DNA from: Octopus bimaculoides
Taxonomy: Eukaryota
Direction: 5' to 3'
Length of the DNA: 61,422 nt
Assembly (NCBI RefSeq): GCF_001194135.2
Contig: NC_068981.1
Location: 9,300,391-9,361,812 of the forward strand
The notes beneath the pieces were generated by a model. The model did not search any database. It was not told where the DNA came from and saw only the letters and a list, made by a program, of their open reading frames with translations. The translations under genes were made by a program, and so were the position numbers. Position 1 is the first letter of the stretch; every line of letters begins with the position of its first letter. This document shows positions 50,165 to 61,422 of this stretch, in pieces.

Positions 50165-50550
50165 ATAACCTGATTAACCATGTGAGTGAATAAGCTGTAT
50201 CTCATTGTGCCTGATATTTTAATCATCTTGGCAGTGACATCTGATGACATCTCAGTCATCATATCCTTAATTGCCCTAACTATTATACTGTTATCAACTC
50301 TGATGGCTGGTCCCTCAATTGGTTTGATATTTGCAAGACTCACTCTCTCTACCAATTATTCTCCCCATTCAATAACCTTCCGTAATGGCACCTCCATGCA
50401 TCTTTCTTCTCCGAGTTGCTAAATGCAAGCTTATACCCATTTGAACATTTTTCCCCTACCACATTGCGATTCTCTCTGATACACTGCTTTGCTATTCTGA
50501 ACACCTCACACTAGAATATTGTCAAACTGCTTACTTTCTGCTATTCCTTT
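50165..50550 (-). mobile_element. RTE ORF2 fragment
   Basis: SLANIKPIEGPAIRVDNSIIVRAIKDM..TAKMIKISG..MVNQV; preceded by a short young 3' end (49958-50085). Confidence 0.75.
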
Positions 50551-51959
50551 TGCTACGAAAGTGTTAAAAACAGCATCCATCTTGCCCACTCACTGAAAAT
50601 TTTGTGTTGGAAACAGTTAAAATGTTTTCTGTTTCCATCTCATCAATTGTGCTTTTAACAAAATTAGTCAACACTTAACTCGATCTGTTGTGAAACAAAA
50701 AAAAAAAAANNNNNNNNNNAAAAAAAAAAAAAAAGAAAAAAAGAACAAAACACACACCGTACTCAATAACTTTTTTTAAATTCTTTTAAATATGACAACA
50801 CAGTTCTTAGTTCCAAAAATTTCAGCGAAAATACAATTTTTACTTCACAAAATGAAAGACTAACTTTAAAACAATTGCTCGATATCCAAAAGCATCCAAT
50901 CAGAATCGACGTGGTTTGTGTACAAAACCACAAAATTGAATCTCTAAATACAGCTGTATTCCCATAGGTTTCACTCCTGATTTAGTTTTGAGTTACACTC
51001 TATTTTAAAGGAGTAATGAGGTAAAGATGTGAACAGATTAACTTGGTTAGTTTGAATAAATGATTTCATCATTTCCAATACTACAACTCATAGAACATGT
51101 ACTGCAGGCCTGAAGACAAATTGTATCTCATTAAAGAGAAGCTCTTAACAATATGTTGTGATGGTCATGACTCTTATACTGTTGCAGTTAAAGCTACTCC
51201 ACCATAAAAACACTTTCATTGTTGTTTTAATTTGATATATTGTCCTCTTATTATAATGTCATCACAAGTTTGACATCTGGTCTCACTTGTAGCACTTATA
51301 CACTCATAGCTAAGTATTTCTCTTGTTTTTAATTGCCTTATTCATTCAAACTCATCTATTCTCTAAAATAATTCTTGTTTGTTCTGCCCCTGCTATGACT
51401 AACCTTGTTTCTTGGCTACATGTATATACATATTTCGTACTTTTCTTAAAAATAATTCTTTCTTGTTTACTCTACCCCTTAAAATGGCTTTTTCGTGTCC
51501 GTGGTTGCACCCACCCTTTCCCACCAATACCAGAAATCTCTTTCTCTTACCAGACATCCAGTTGCCCTTCCCCTGTCATATTGGTAATCTTGCCACCCTC
51601 TCCTTTCTCTCCCCCATCTCTGGACTAACTAAACCAGATAGCAGCCCACTTACCCCCGCTCTCTTTTTTTTATATTTATATCTGCAGCATCATTAATGCT
51701 TACGCCCACAAGACTCATAACGCTTATATTTATAATGCCCCAAACACTTTCATATACAATGCTTCCTTACCCCCCCCCCCCNNNNNNNNNNNNNNNNNNN
51801 NNNNNNNNCAGTAGAGGCAACAACCTTAACAATTCTAACATGTTTGAATGACGGTAGGTTAAAAGCAAGAACAACTATTATGACATCTGTTACCAAACAA
51901 TCACAGGAACCTTCGTTTCAGGTGCTGAATAACATCTCTCCTTCCTGTGTTACCTCCCA

Positions 51960-54900
51960 TATCTCTTTCCCAGTTTTCAGAGTTGGCACTGTAAATGTAG
52001 GCACATTGAGATTGTAGAGATGCTTGAATGGAGATGTGTTGATGTATGTTGCATACAAGAGGTAAGGTGGAGAAGAGCTTCAGCCAGTTCTTACAGGCAA
52101 AGCACACAGGTATAAACTCTTCTAGGAGGTAATAGTGATGGAATAAGGTGGGTGGGCAGACTACTTGCAGAGAAATGGGTGGATAAGGTCATAGGGGTAG
52201 TGAGAGTGTGCGATAGATATAATTAAACTAAGGCTAGTCTTGCAGAATGGTATAGCTATAATTATCTTTGCCTACACCCCACAAGCGGGCTTACCAAATG
52301 AACAGAAGGATTACTTTTAAGATGTTCTTCTGCAGGCTACCTCAAAGACAAGTGACAATGATCTCATCTTTGTGGTTGGAGATTTTAATGGGCATGTCAG
52401 ACAGCAACCTGGTATTTTCCATGGAGTTGGTACCAGAAATGAAGAGGGAACTAGGCTCCTGGAGTTCTGTGATGCAAATAACCTATTAATCTGCAACACT
52501 AACTTCTGGAAGCCAGCTAGCCACCTGATAACCTATCAATCAGGAAACTCTGCTAGCCAGATTGATTTCATTCTCACCAGACAGGGGGATACATGGTTGC
52601 TCTTAAATACAAAGACCCTCCTTGGTGAAGAATGTACCCCCCCAGCATAGGCTAGTCATTAGTAACTTCAGACTTGAGGCCAGAAAGATGCCAAAAAGCA
52701 GACCAATCTGGAAAAGGACTTGGAAGCTTAAGAACCCTTCACATGGTCAGAGATTTAAGGATATCCTTACCGAGATATTTGATGATAGGGAGGAGGAGCT
52801 ACAGTCATGTGACATAGAAAGCAGCTGGGAATTCCTGCGAGACAGCTTGCTGAGTGCCACAGACCAAATCTGTGGCTGGTGCAAAGCCCCTTCCAGACCT
52901 AGGGTAAAATGGTGGCGGAACAATACTGTAGACAGGGCCATTAGAGCAAAGAAACAGGCTTGGAAGAGTAGGGGTAGCAGGAGAATGTATCAGACAGCCA
53001 AAAGGGAAGCTAAGAGACAGGTATATATAGTCAAGGGAGTAGTAGAAAAGAAGTTTGGTCTTCACATCACTGAACATTGGCAAAGAATTGAAGTATTTCG
53101 GATTGCAAGACAGTGTGTGAGAGAAAATTGTGATGTCATAGGAGAGAAATGTATCTGCATGGATTGGTGCCCCTGCGTTTAATGATTCTGCAAAGAAAGA
53201 GGCTTGGAGATGCCATTATGAAGGACTGCTGAATGTGGAGAATGAATGAGAGGAGGAGAGCTTGCCAAATGTTGACCCAGTTGAGGGACCACCTACCCGA
53301 ATCGACAGTACCCTGGTAGATAAAGCAATTAAGGATATGAAGACAGAGAAAGCACCTGGCCCATCAGGAATCACTGCTGAGATGCTTGAAATATCGGGCA
53401 GTGTGGGTTATGATATTGTCACCTGCATCGAAAATCAGGTTGTACATGAAGGAGTCATACCCAATGGCGTAGCAGCACCATAGTCAACAGCAGCAAGGGT
53501 AAAGGTGATGCTTTAGATAGAAATAAATATAGGGGTATCAAATTATTGGATCGGGTAATGAAAGTTACAGAGAGGGTCATAGCTCAACTAATTAGGGAGA
53601 GAATTAGCCTAGATGAGTTGCAGTTCAGTTTTGTGCCAGGCAGAAGCACTACTGATGCTATATTTCTGGTAAGGCAACTGCAGGTTAAATATCTAGTCAA
53701 AGATAAACCTTTGTACTTGGCTTCTGTTGACTAGGGAAAAGTCCTCGACAGGGTCCCCCAATCCCTCCTCCCAATGCAGATAGACGAGTGGTTGGTAAGA
53801 GCTGTACAAGTCCTGTAAAAGGATGCTGTCAGTAAGGTGAGAGTTGGCAACGAGTATAGTGAAGAATTCTGATAGAAGTGGGGGTTCTACAAGGATCAGT
53901 CCTCAGCCCCCTCTTCTTCCAGGCAATAACAGGAATTCAAGACAGGCTGCACCTGGGAGCTTCTCTATACTGATGACCTTGCTCTAATACCTGGGTCACT
54001 GCCAGAACTAGATGAAGTTTAAGGTGTGGAAGCAAGGCCTAAAATTGAAGGGCCTTAGGGTTAACCTAGCAAAAACCAAAGTCTTAGTGAGTAGGAAGGC
54101 TGTCAAATCATAAACCCCTTCAGGTAGATGGCACTGCTCAATCTGTAGAAGAGGTGTAGGTAGAAATTCCATAAGACGTATCCAGTGTAAGCTATGAACA
54201 CATAAGTGGTGCAGCTACATCAAGGGAAGATAGTTTTCATGTGGAGCAGATGCACAGTGCCAATAAACACCATCGATGCTCAGAAAACAGACTCCATCAC
54301 ATGCCAGGGAGAGAAACTAGAAGTAGTTAATAGCTTCCGCTACCTAGACGACCAAGTTTGTAGTGGGGGTGGATGCTCAGAGAGTGTTACTACTAGAATA
54401 AGAATAGCCTGGGCAAAGTTCAGGGAGCTCTTACCACTGCTGGCAACTAAAGGCCTCTCGCTCTGGATGAAAGGTAGACTAATATGCATGTGTGAACTGC
54501 CATGCTACATGGCAGAGAAACATAGGCTGTCACTGCTGAGGACATGCGTAGGCTTGAAAGAAATGAAGCTAGTATGATCCGCTGGATGTGTAATGTCAGT
54601 GTGCATATATGACAGTGTAAGCACCCCGAGAGAAAAGTTGGGGATAAGAAGCATCAAATGTGGTGTGCAAGAGATGACTGCATTGGTATGGTCACGTGTT
54701 ATGTATGAATGAAGACAGCTGTGTGAGGAAGTGCCACTCCCTAACTGTAGAAGAGGTAGACCCAGGAAGACATGGAATGAGGTGGTGAAGCATGACCTTC
54801 GAACATTAGGTCTCACAGAGGCAATGACTAGTGACAGAGATCTTTGGAGATATGCTGTGATTGAGAAGACCTGGCAACTGAGATCGCAGCCACGCTTATC

Positions 54901-55310
54901 TGGCCCAGTTAAGAGAACTCCTGATGCTTCAGATGATATGATATGCTTGAGAAGACCTATTGAGTCAAAACCAATTTTGTAGCTGTGGCCAGTGCCTCGA
55001 CTGTCTCTCATACTGGTGGCATGTAAAAAGCATCATCCAAACATGGCCAATGCCAGTACCCCTCTGACTGGCTCTCATGCCGGTGGCACGTAAAAAAACA
55101 CCATTTGAACATAATTGATACCAGGCCCGCCTGACTGGCTCCTGTGCCGGTGGCATGTAAAAAGCACTTGGCGTTAAAAAGGGCATCCAGCTGTAGAAAC
55201 TTTGCCAGATCAGATTGGAGCCTGGTACAGCCGTTTGCTCTCCAGACCTCAGTCAAACCATCCAACCCATGCCAGCATGGAAAATGGATGTTAAACGATG
55301 ATGATGATCA
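51960..55310 (+). mobile_element. Near-full-length degenerate RTE-clade LINE (APE + RT with Cys-rich insert + 3' UTR)
   Basis: APE motifs (VGDFNGHV, RNEEGTRLLEFC, QIDFIL), RT motifs (QFSFVPGRSTTDAIF, QGSVLSPL, LLYTDDL), a CxxC insert, C-terminal RGRPRKTW, the repeat-bearing 3' UTR and a (GAT)n tail; many frameshifts and stops. Confidence 0.93.
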
Positions 55311-56838
55311 TCATGACTTTGTACCGACCGCCTACTGTCACTGCAATCATTAAATAATGCCATTCAAGCTGGTAAATCTCTTTCTAGGAGTTTACTGATC
55401 CTCAATGGCCATGTCTCTTGCATTACTAACTTCTCCCTAACAAAAAATAAAGAAACCTTTTATGTACTGCAGTAGAAATACTTGTACCAACTTAGTTTTT
55501 TAATACCAAAATATCAAACCAATATCGAAGGCTCGGCTATCTCCATTCAGCTATTTTTCTGGGGTTAAAATTGTTTAGGTGAGTTTCAACTTATAAACAG
55601 AAGGTCGTTAAAGATGTTTATTGTTGAGTATTTGTTGGTTTGAAGGTGAAATAATTTACATTCACAGAATGGGATCATGTTGATGTATTCAGTTCATCTT
55701 TGAAAACCTAATACAGTCCAGATCATCTTCATTTAACATTTGTTTCCCATGCTGGCATTGCTTGGATGGTTTAACTGAAAACTGGCAGCTGCGGAACTGC
55801 ACCAGGTTCCAATCTGATTTCGCATGGTTTCTATGGTTGGATGCTCTTCCTAATGCCAACCACTCCAAGAGTGCATGTGCCACTGGCATGGGTGTCAGTT
55901 ATGTAACACCAGCACTGGCTACAACTATGATCTCAATTGGCTTGACAGGTCGTCTCAAGAACGGTATATTGCCGAAGGCCTCAGCTACTTGTCACTACCT
56001 CTGTGAGGCCCAACATTCAAAGGGTGCCAGTTACACGATGCTGGCATCGGTCACGACTGATTTCACTTGGCTTGACAGGTCTTCTCAAGGATGGCATATC
56101 ACCCAAACCATGGTACCTGTTGATATCTTCTTTGTCTCTAGATACATTGACAATATCACAGTTAACAAACAGTGATTGTCTTAAAATAAAAGACAGAGGA
56201 CACAATAACAACATCCAGACGATACAACAAAACAGTTTTCTTCTTAATGTCCACATTACTAAATACCAGTCTTTTCAGATATAAAAATATTACTCCTTCG
56301 TGGGGTATTTTTTTCTTTTTTCAAGAGAATTAACTGAAACTCCAGATGAAATATTGTTTGCTTTAAAGAAAGAGAATAGAGTGGAATTACTCAACAACAG
56401 TAACTTCTAACTGGCTTTGGTTGATAATTCAATCTATTCTGTGAATATGTGACATACTCCATCTTCAAGTGTTATGGAATATATAATGTAAAATTCCGAG
56501 GTTTTCTCTCCGGTGTACCAAGAAATTTTACTAGTGATTGCAGTTATGAGATATGTAAAGTGAATTTAATGTGTAATTGCTTGGAGTATGCAAATTCTAG
56601 GTAGAGATTTTTTTAAAAACCTGTCTATAGTAACTTTTTCTTTCAGCAAATTATGTGAAATAACTGTAAAACCAAAAACATTAATAACAGGATTTACAGA
56701 TAAAACAAATTTTAGTCTTTTAGAATATGATCAAAATCATTAGAGTGAGAAATATTAAGTATATTTGGATGATTGACTTTTGAGATTATTAACAAAACTT
56801 GTAACTGATTTTATCTTCTCTTGTTTTGTCCATTTCAG

Positions 56839-57384
56839 GTTCAAGAATTCATTGATATGATTCCAGAAGGTGGTGGCATCATGTGTCATGATTTTATCTT
56901 ACAACTTTGGAAATGTCTGCTGGATGATTGGTTTGGAGTTGGTGCCACTGTTTATATTGTGACACCACAGATTGACCCGGAACGCGTGTTCAGCATATAT
57001 TTACTAATGATAAGGAATAAAGGAACTGGCTTTAATGTAACTCTGTTGACACCAGAGAAAGGGCCAGATCGTTTCAGTAAAGTTCTGGATATAGCCAAGC
57101 AGTTGATGAAAAAGACTCGAACATCAAGACATACCTTGCTTGTATCTGATGTAAAACGCGAGTGGGTTACTAACAAATTAACAATTCGCCATGAAGAATT
57201 CTCCACTAATTTCATAGCTGCCTACAAAGACCACGAAGCAGAAGTGTTGACAACAACTGCTTATTTCCACAAAAGTCATTTTAACTTTAACCTGAAAGAT
57301 ACAGTCACATATAATAAGTTACCAACATCTGAATTACGACGTAACTATCTTCTTCCTTTAGGGTTTGGAGAGAGAAATTTTTGA
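56839..57384 (+). CDS. Uncharacterised protein, last coding exon (181 aa + stop), degenerate PLD/Nuc-like domain
   Basis: Acceptor ttgttttgtccatttcAG (56837-56838), phase 0 matching the 24904 donor. The joined read is ...HLDKNLDE|VQEFIDMIPEGG..., and the frame stays open to TGA at 57382-57384. PLD-like pattern VYIVTPQID...VTLLT...FSTNFIA..D...EVLTTTAYF. Confidence 0.82.
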   Translation, partial: VQEFIDMIPEGGGIMCHDFILQLWKCLLDDWFGVGATVYIVTPQIDPERVFSIYLLMIRNKGTGFNVTLLTPEKGPDRFSKVLDIAKQLMKKTRTSRHTLLVSDVKREWVTNKLTIRHEEFSTNFIAAYKDHEAEVLTTTAYFHKSHFNFNLKDTVTYNKLPTSELRRNYLLPLGFGERNF

Positions 57385-58669
57385 ATTCTGGTTACTATTC
57401 TCTTTGTGAATTTGAGCAATTTTTGGTATTCTACCAGGGACATTAGAATAAGGAACAAAAGTTTCCAGTTTTGAGAAGACATTCCAGATATAAATTCACC
57501 AACACTGCTGGGTGTGTTTAACTTTCATTTCCTTTGACCATTGCTCAAGGTTTGATAATTATGACAAGTGAACTATTTGTAAGAGCAAATTTTGAGGTTG
57601 AAAGAACCAAAATATATTGTAACTTAGGGTTTCAGCAACATGGAATGAATGAATCCCCATAGAGGAAACTGTTTCACCCATCAAAGGAAGATTTCTCAAG
57701 AAAAATTTGTTAAGGGCAGTGCTGTAATGTCTGTTTCTCCTGTCTTACTAATCAAACTCGATTTCTGTGTGTGTCTAATTTATTTGCTCAGTATTTTTAT
57801 TTCGATATGCAAATGCTGTATATATATAAACGAAACAATGCAAGCATGGAAAAGCAGCTGTTAAAATAATGACGATTCAGGATTTAGTTTCTATTCTTGC
57901 TCCACAATGAAATCTTTCATCTGCCATCATTTTCAGGAAGTTTGTGACTTGAAAAACAAAAACTTGGGGACATCTTCTGTACTTACAAAGCTGCACTGAG
58001 ATTATCATTTCAATAAACCTTTGGTGAAATATGCTGATAATAAAGAAATATTTCTATTTTGTTCTATTGAATAATTCACTTTAGCCCAGCCATGTAGAAT
58101 GTACTGAATTGTGTTCAAAATGAAGATGTTGACCATGTGTTAACACAACAGGTAGAAACAGGCTTGTAATCATAATTATTGCAATAGCAATCTAATTACA
58201 AAGCATTTGCACTTTACATCTAATTTAGCAATTCCTATGTCTAAAAGTGAACCACTTAAAACTAAAAATAATTGGTTAGCAGGGAAAATGTGTCAGGTGT
58301 TTGAAGGAAATCTATAGAGGTGGCAGTAGTTATAGGAACAGGCAGAGAGAGAGGACACTATAGATCTGTGATCCAGCAACTGGTGTGTGTGTGTGTGTGT
58401 GTTGGTTAGTGTAGCTTAATAATACAGTAGTATTCCAGACATGCAGGAGTTGTCAGAGCTTTAGTCTTAGGTGTGTATTTTCACTTCCATTGTAAACAAA
58501 ATAATGATCTCTGCTGAGGATTCAAGAAAACTGCTGCAAGTCTCCTGTAAACATCCCTTCAATGCTAGATTGGGGCAAGATTTCATTAAGTACTCTGAAA
58601 AACCAATTTAATGTTATAGTGGGAAATGTTTAAAATCCAGAAATTTTCCCTCATGTATATACATTTGCT

Positions 58670-58980
58670 TCTCAATCACGTGACTCTGTGTTTAGTCCCA
58701 CTGCATGGCACATGTCTTCTACTATAGCCATGGGCTGACCAAAGCCTTGTGAGTGGATTTGGCAGATAGAACCTGGAAGAAGCCCATTTTGTGTGTGTGT
58801 GTTTGTCCTCTACCACCACTTGACAACTGGTGTTAATTTGTTTATATCCCTGTTACATGATGACACAAGAGACTGATATAATAAATACCAGGCTTTTAAA
58901 AGTAATTACTGGGGTTGACCCTTTGAAGTGGTGCCCCAGCATGATTGCAAATCAATGACTGAAACCAGTCAAAGCTACAC
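58670..58980 (+). mobile_element. Degenerate tRNA-derived SINE
   Basis: gtttagtcccactgcatggcac..gaccaaagccttgtgagtgg..(TG)n..atgactgaaac. Confidence 0.72.
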
Positions 58981-58989
58981 ACACACACA

Positions 58990-60830
58990 CACACATTATA
59001 TTTCATGCTGGGATGTTGGTTCATCTGATATTGTGGATAGGAGAATGTTCAAGTCCTTTTTGAAGACATTCACATTGGGTAAGTTTCTTAATTTTTGTGG
59101 CAGAGTACTGAAAATTTGTGAACCCCAAGCTGATATTAGATGGAGTGGACAGTACCTTTTAGTGTAGTAACATTGGATTGTTTGAAGCTGCACAATTATT
59201 TTCACATTGTGCAGTGACCACAGGGGTCAACATGACTTCTTGGTCCTTAGAATCCATCTTGGTAATGTGCACATGAAATGATGCATCATTACATATGCTG
59301 TATGTGACTCTAGGAATGCAGTGCCTCCAGGTCCTATACATGTAGGTTGTGGTGCTGCTTGAAAATTTCCAGCATTAAGTTGCATGTTGTTTTGTTCTGT
59401 CCACATATATTGCATTCAGGTGCAGCTGCAAAAGCTTGTCACACTGTAAGGGTTCTTTATTGTCTGTAATAATTTTGTGTCATCAGTGTAGTTAGTGGTA
59501 CTACCTGTCTGAATGACCATAGGCATGTCTAAAAGAGCAACTATAAACAGTAATGGTCCTAAGACAGTTCCCTGAGTGACCCCCATTCAGAATTTGTTTC
59601 TCTAGAGAGGGCACTATCAATTGCAACTGCCCAACTATCATGTAGCCACTCTCCTAGGTCACCATCAATGCCACGCTCTCAGCTTGTGACATGTGCCACG
59701 ATCTATGTTGTCAAAGGTTTTTTTGCAAAGTCAACATTTAAATGATTGAGCAGCTGCTTCAAAACCCAGTCATCTGCGCCATGAGGGCTGGGTGAGGCAG
59801 CTTCTTCCTGACTGAAACCAGGCCGAGTAACACTCAGCAAGTCATTTCCTTCTTGAAACATCATCAGTTTCCTTCTGATGATTTGTTCCATGGTTTTGCT
59901 GAAATGTCTTCCTCTGAAATGTCAAAGAATTCAACCAGGTTTATTTATTTACATGTGTCCCAGGGGAGAGGGAGGTGAAGACACTTTCAGATTGTTCACT
60001 GAGTACATCACTTATCCTTTTGGGGTCCGTAATCAGTGAGCCATTCTCTTGGAACAATGGTCCTATTTTGTACTGTACTACGGCTGTTTCCTTTGCAAAT
60101 CTATAGAAAGCTTCAGGGTTTGTTCTAATACTTTTAACAACTCTCTTCTCTGGTCTCTTTTCTTTTCATGAGAGAGTTTGAGTTTGCTTTCAATTTCCAG
60201 GAATGTCCATCTTAACTTTTCACTATCCTTCAGTTGCCTACGCAATCACTTTGAGACCTTTGTTCTGCATCTTATAAGGATTTTCCTATTTCTCGAGTTT
60301 TAATCTTTGGTTTTCATGTTTAGTGCATATAGCTGGCTCGTTGACATAAACTGAGTTTTAAGTCCTTGTCTTACATAAACCGTTGGGCCTGTTTTGCTGT
60401 ACATCTCTTTGCAAATTGATTTCCTGTTTGCTTTATGGAAATTCAAGTCGGATATGGCTTTGAGTACTTCTTATCTTATAGAGTAGATGCCAGCAGCTCA
60501 CCTAGGATCAGTATTAGTTTTACAATGTTGTAGTTTGAGAAAGCTGTTCGTGCCATCTTCACATTATAGATGAGGTCTATATTATTTGTGAAACTAAGAT
60601 GCAAGAGGTTGCTGCTCTTGGTTGGTTGGCAAATGTAACTTGTTCCAGGAATAACATATTAGAAAGTTCAAGTTCTGCCCTGGTTTGTTCAAGAGAGGAC
60701 GTGGCCTACAGGCTATTTAACATTTGGGAAGTTGAAGTCTCCTTAAGAGGAGCATATTGATAGGTTGGTCCTTTTCTGTATGCCTGAGGCTATCCTCATT
60801 CTACATACAACTACTTAGCTTTATATGTAT
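58990..60830 (-). mobile_element. Degenerate CR1/L2-group LINE
   Basis: MEQIIRRKL..NDLLS..GF..DWVLKQLLNH.NVD..FAK, GTVLGPLL, NNMQLNAGNFQ and C-terminal GSQIFSTLP..FKKDLN..DEPT. The right boundary is approximate. Confidence 0.78.
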
Positions 60831-61194
60831 CATTAAAGTGTTATAAACCAAATTCGAGTGTGACAACTGTACTAATGATATGATATTTTCCAAGAAATAA
60901 CCTTAAAGGTTAAAAGCTTATCTGGTCCAAATATTCTGCCAGTTTTATGTTCAAATCAATCAGACCCTGCCTCTTGCACATGGATTCTGTAATTCTAAAA
61001 ATAAACAAACACATTATGAAGTTTTAAGTAATGAAAAATTGTAAATAGGATTAATAGAAAAATAAAAATATAATTAAGTAATTAAAAAATAAAAAAAGAT
61101 TATTTAAAAAATCTATATCAATAGATTTTTTTAGAAACCAAAAATTCAAGAATTATTTTTCTGTACAAAAATGAAAAAAATGTTTTTTTATATA

Positions 61195-61422
61195 TATCAT
61201 CATCATCATCGTTTAACGTCCGCTTTCCATGCTAGCATGGGTTGGACGATTTGACTGAGGACTGGTGAAACCGGATGGCAACACCAGGCTCAAATCTAAT
61301 TTGGCAGAGTTTCTACAGCTGGATGCCCTTCCTAACGCCAACCACTCAGAGAGTGTAGTGGGTGCTTTTATGTGTCACCCGCACGAAAACGGCCACGCTC
61401 GAAATGGTGTCTTTTATGTGCC
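61195..61422 (-). mobile_element. Young RTE 3' UTR copy (truncated by the window end)
   Basis: About three substitutions relative to the copy at 16-242. Confidence 0.88.

Noticed and set aside
1-61422. Whole window flanked by near-identical direct repeats (composite transposon or circular element)
   Set aside because: The repeats are ordinary young LINE 3' ends. Short-read scaffolds commonly break in such repeats, and the interior holds spliced host genes.

Overview
AT-rich, repeat-dominated animal genomic DNA from a gapped short-read assembly. The repeat families and microsatellite load suggest an octopus or other coleoid cephalopod; this is an inference, not proven. Two host genes are supported. 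(1) The 5' part of shq1 (H/ACA snoRNP assembly factor) lies on the minus strand, with coding exons 7434-7360, 5778-5711 and 2430-2372 and clean GT-AG junctions; it continues beyond the left edge. (2) An uncharacterised plus-strand gene has two large coding exons, 24506-24904 and 56839-57384, that join in phase 0 across a ~31.9 kb intron to give 314 aa. Its C-terminal half looks like a single PLD/Nuc-superfamily (HKD) domain in which the catalytic H, K and N positions are all replaced, i.e. a candidate pseudo-nuclease; this is the best novelty candidate. The rest is mostly mobile DNA: one abundant RTE-clade LINE (a near-full-length degenerate copy plus many 5'-truncated copies whose 3' UTR carries ~65-nt hairpin repeats), tRNA-SINEs, maT (DD37D) and mariner elements, MITEs with TSDs, Helitron, Penelope, R4/Dong-like, BovB-like and CR1/L2-like remnants, and several long near-perfect hairpins. 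No rRNA, true tRNA or CRISPR array was found. Repeat boundaries are approximate unless TIR/TSD positions are given.
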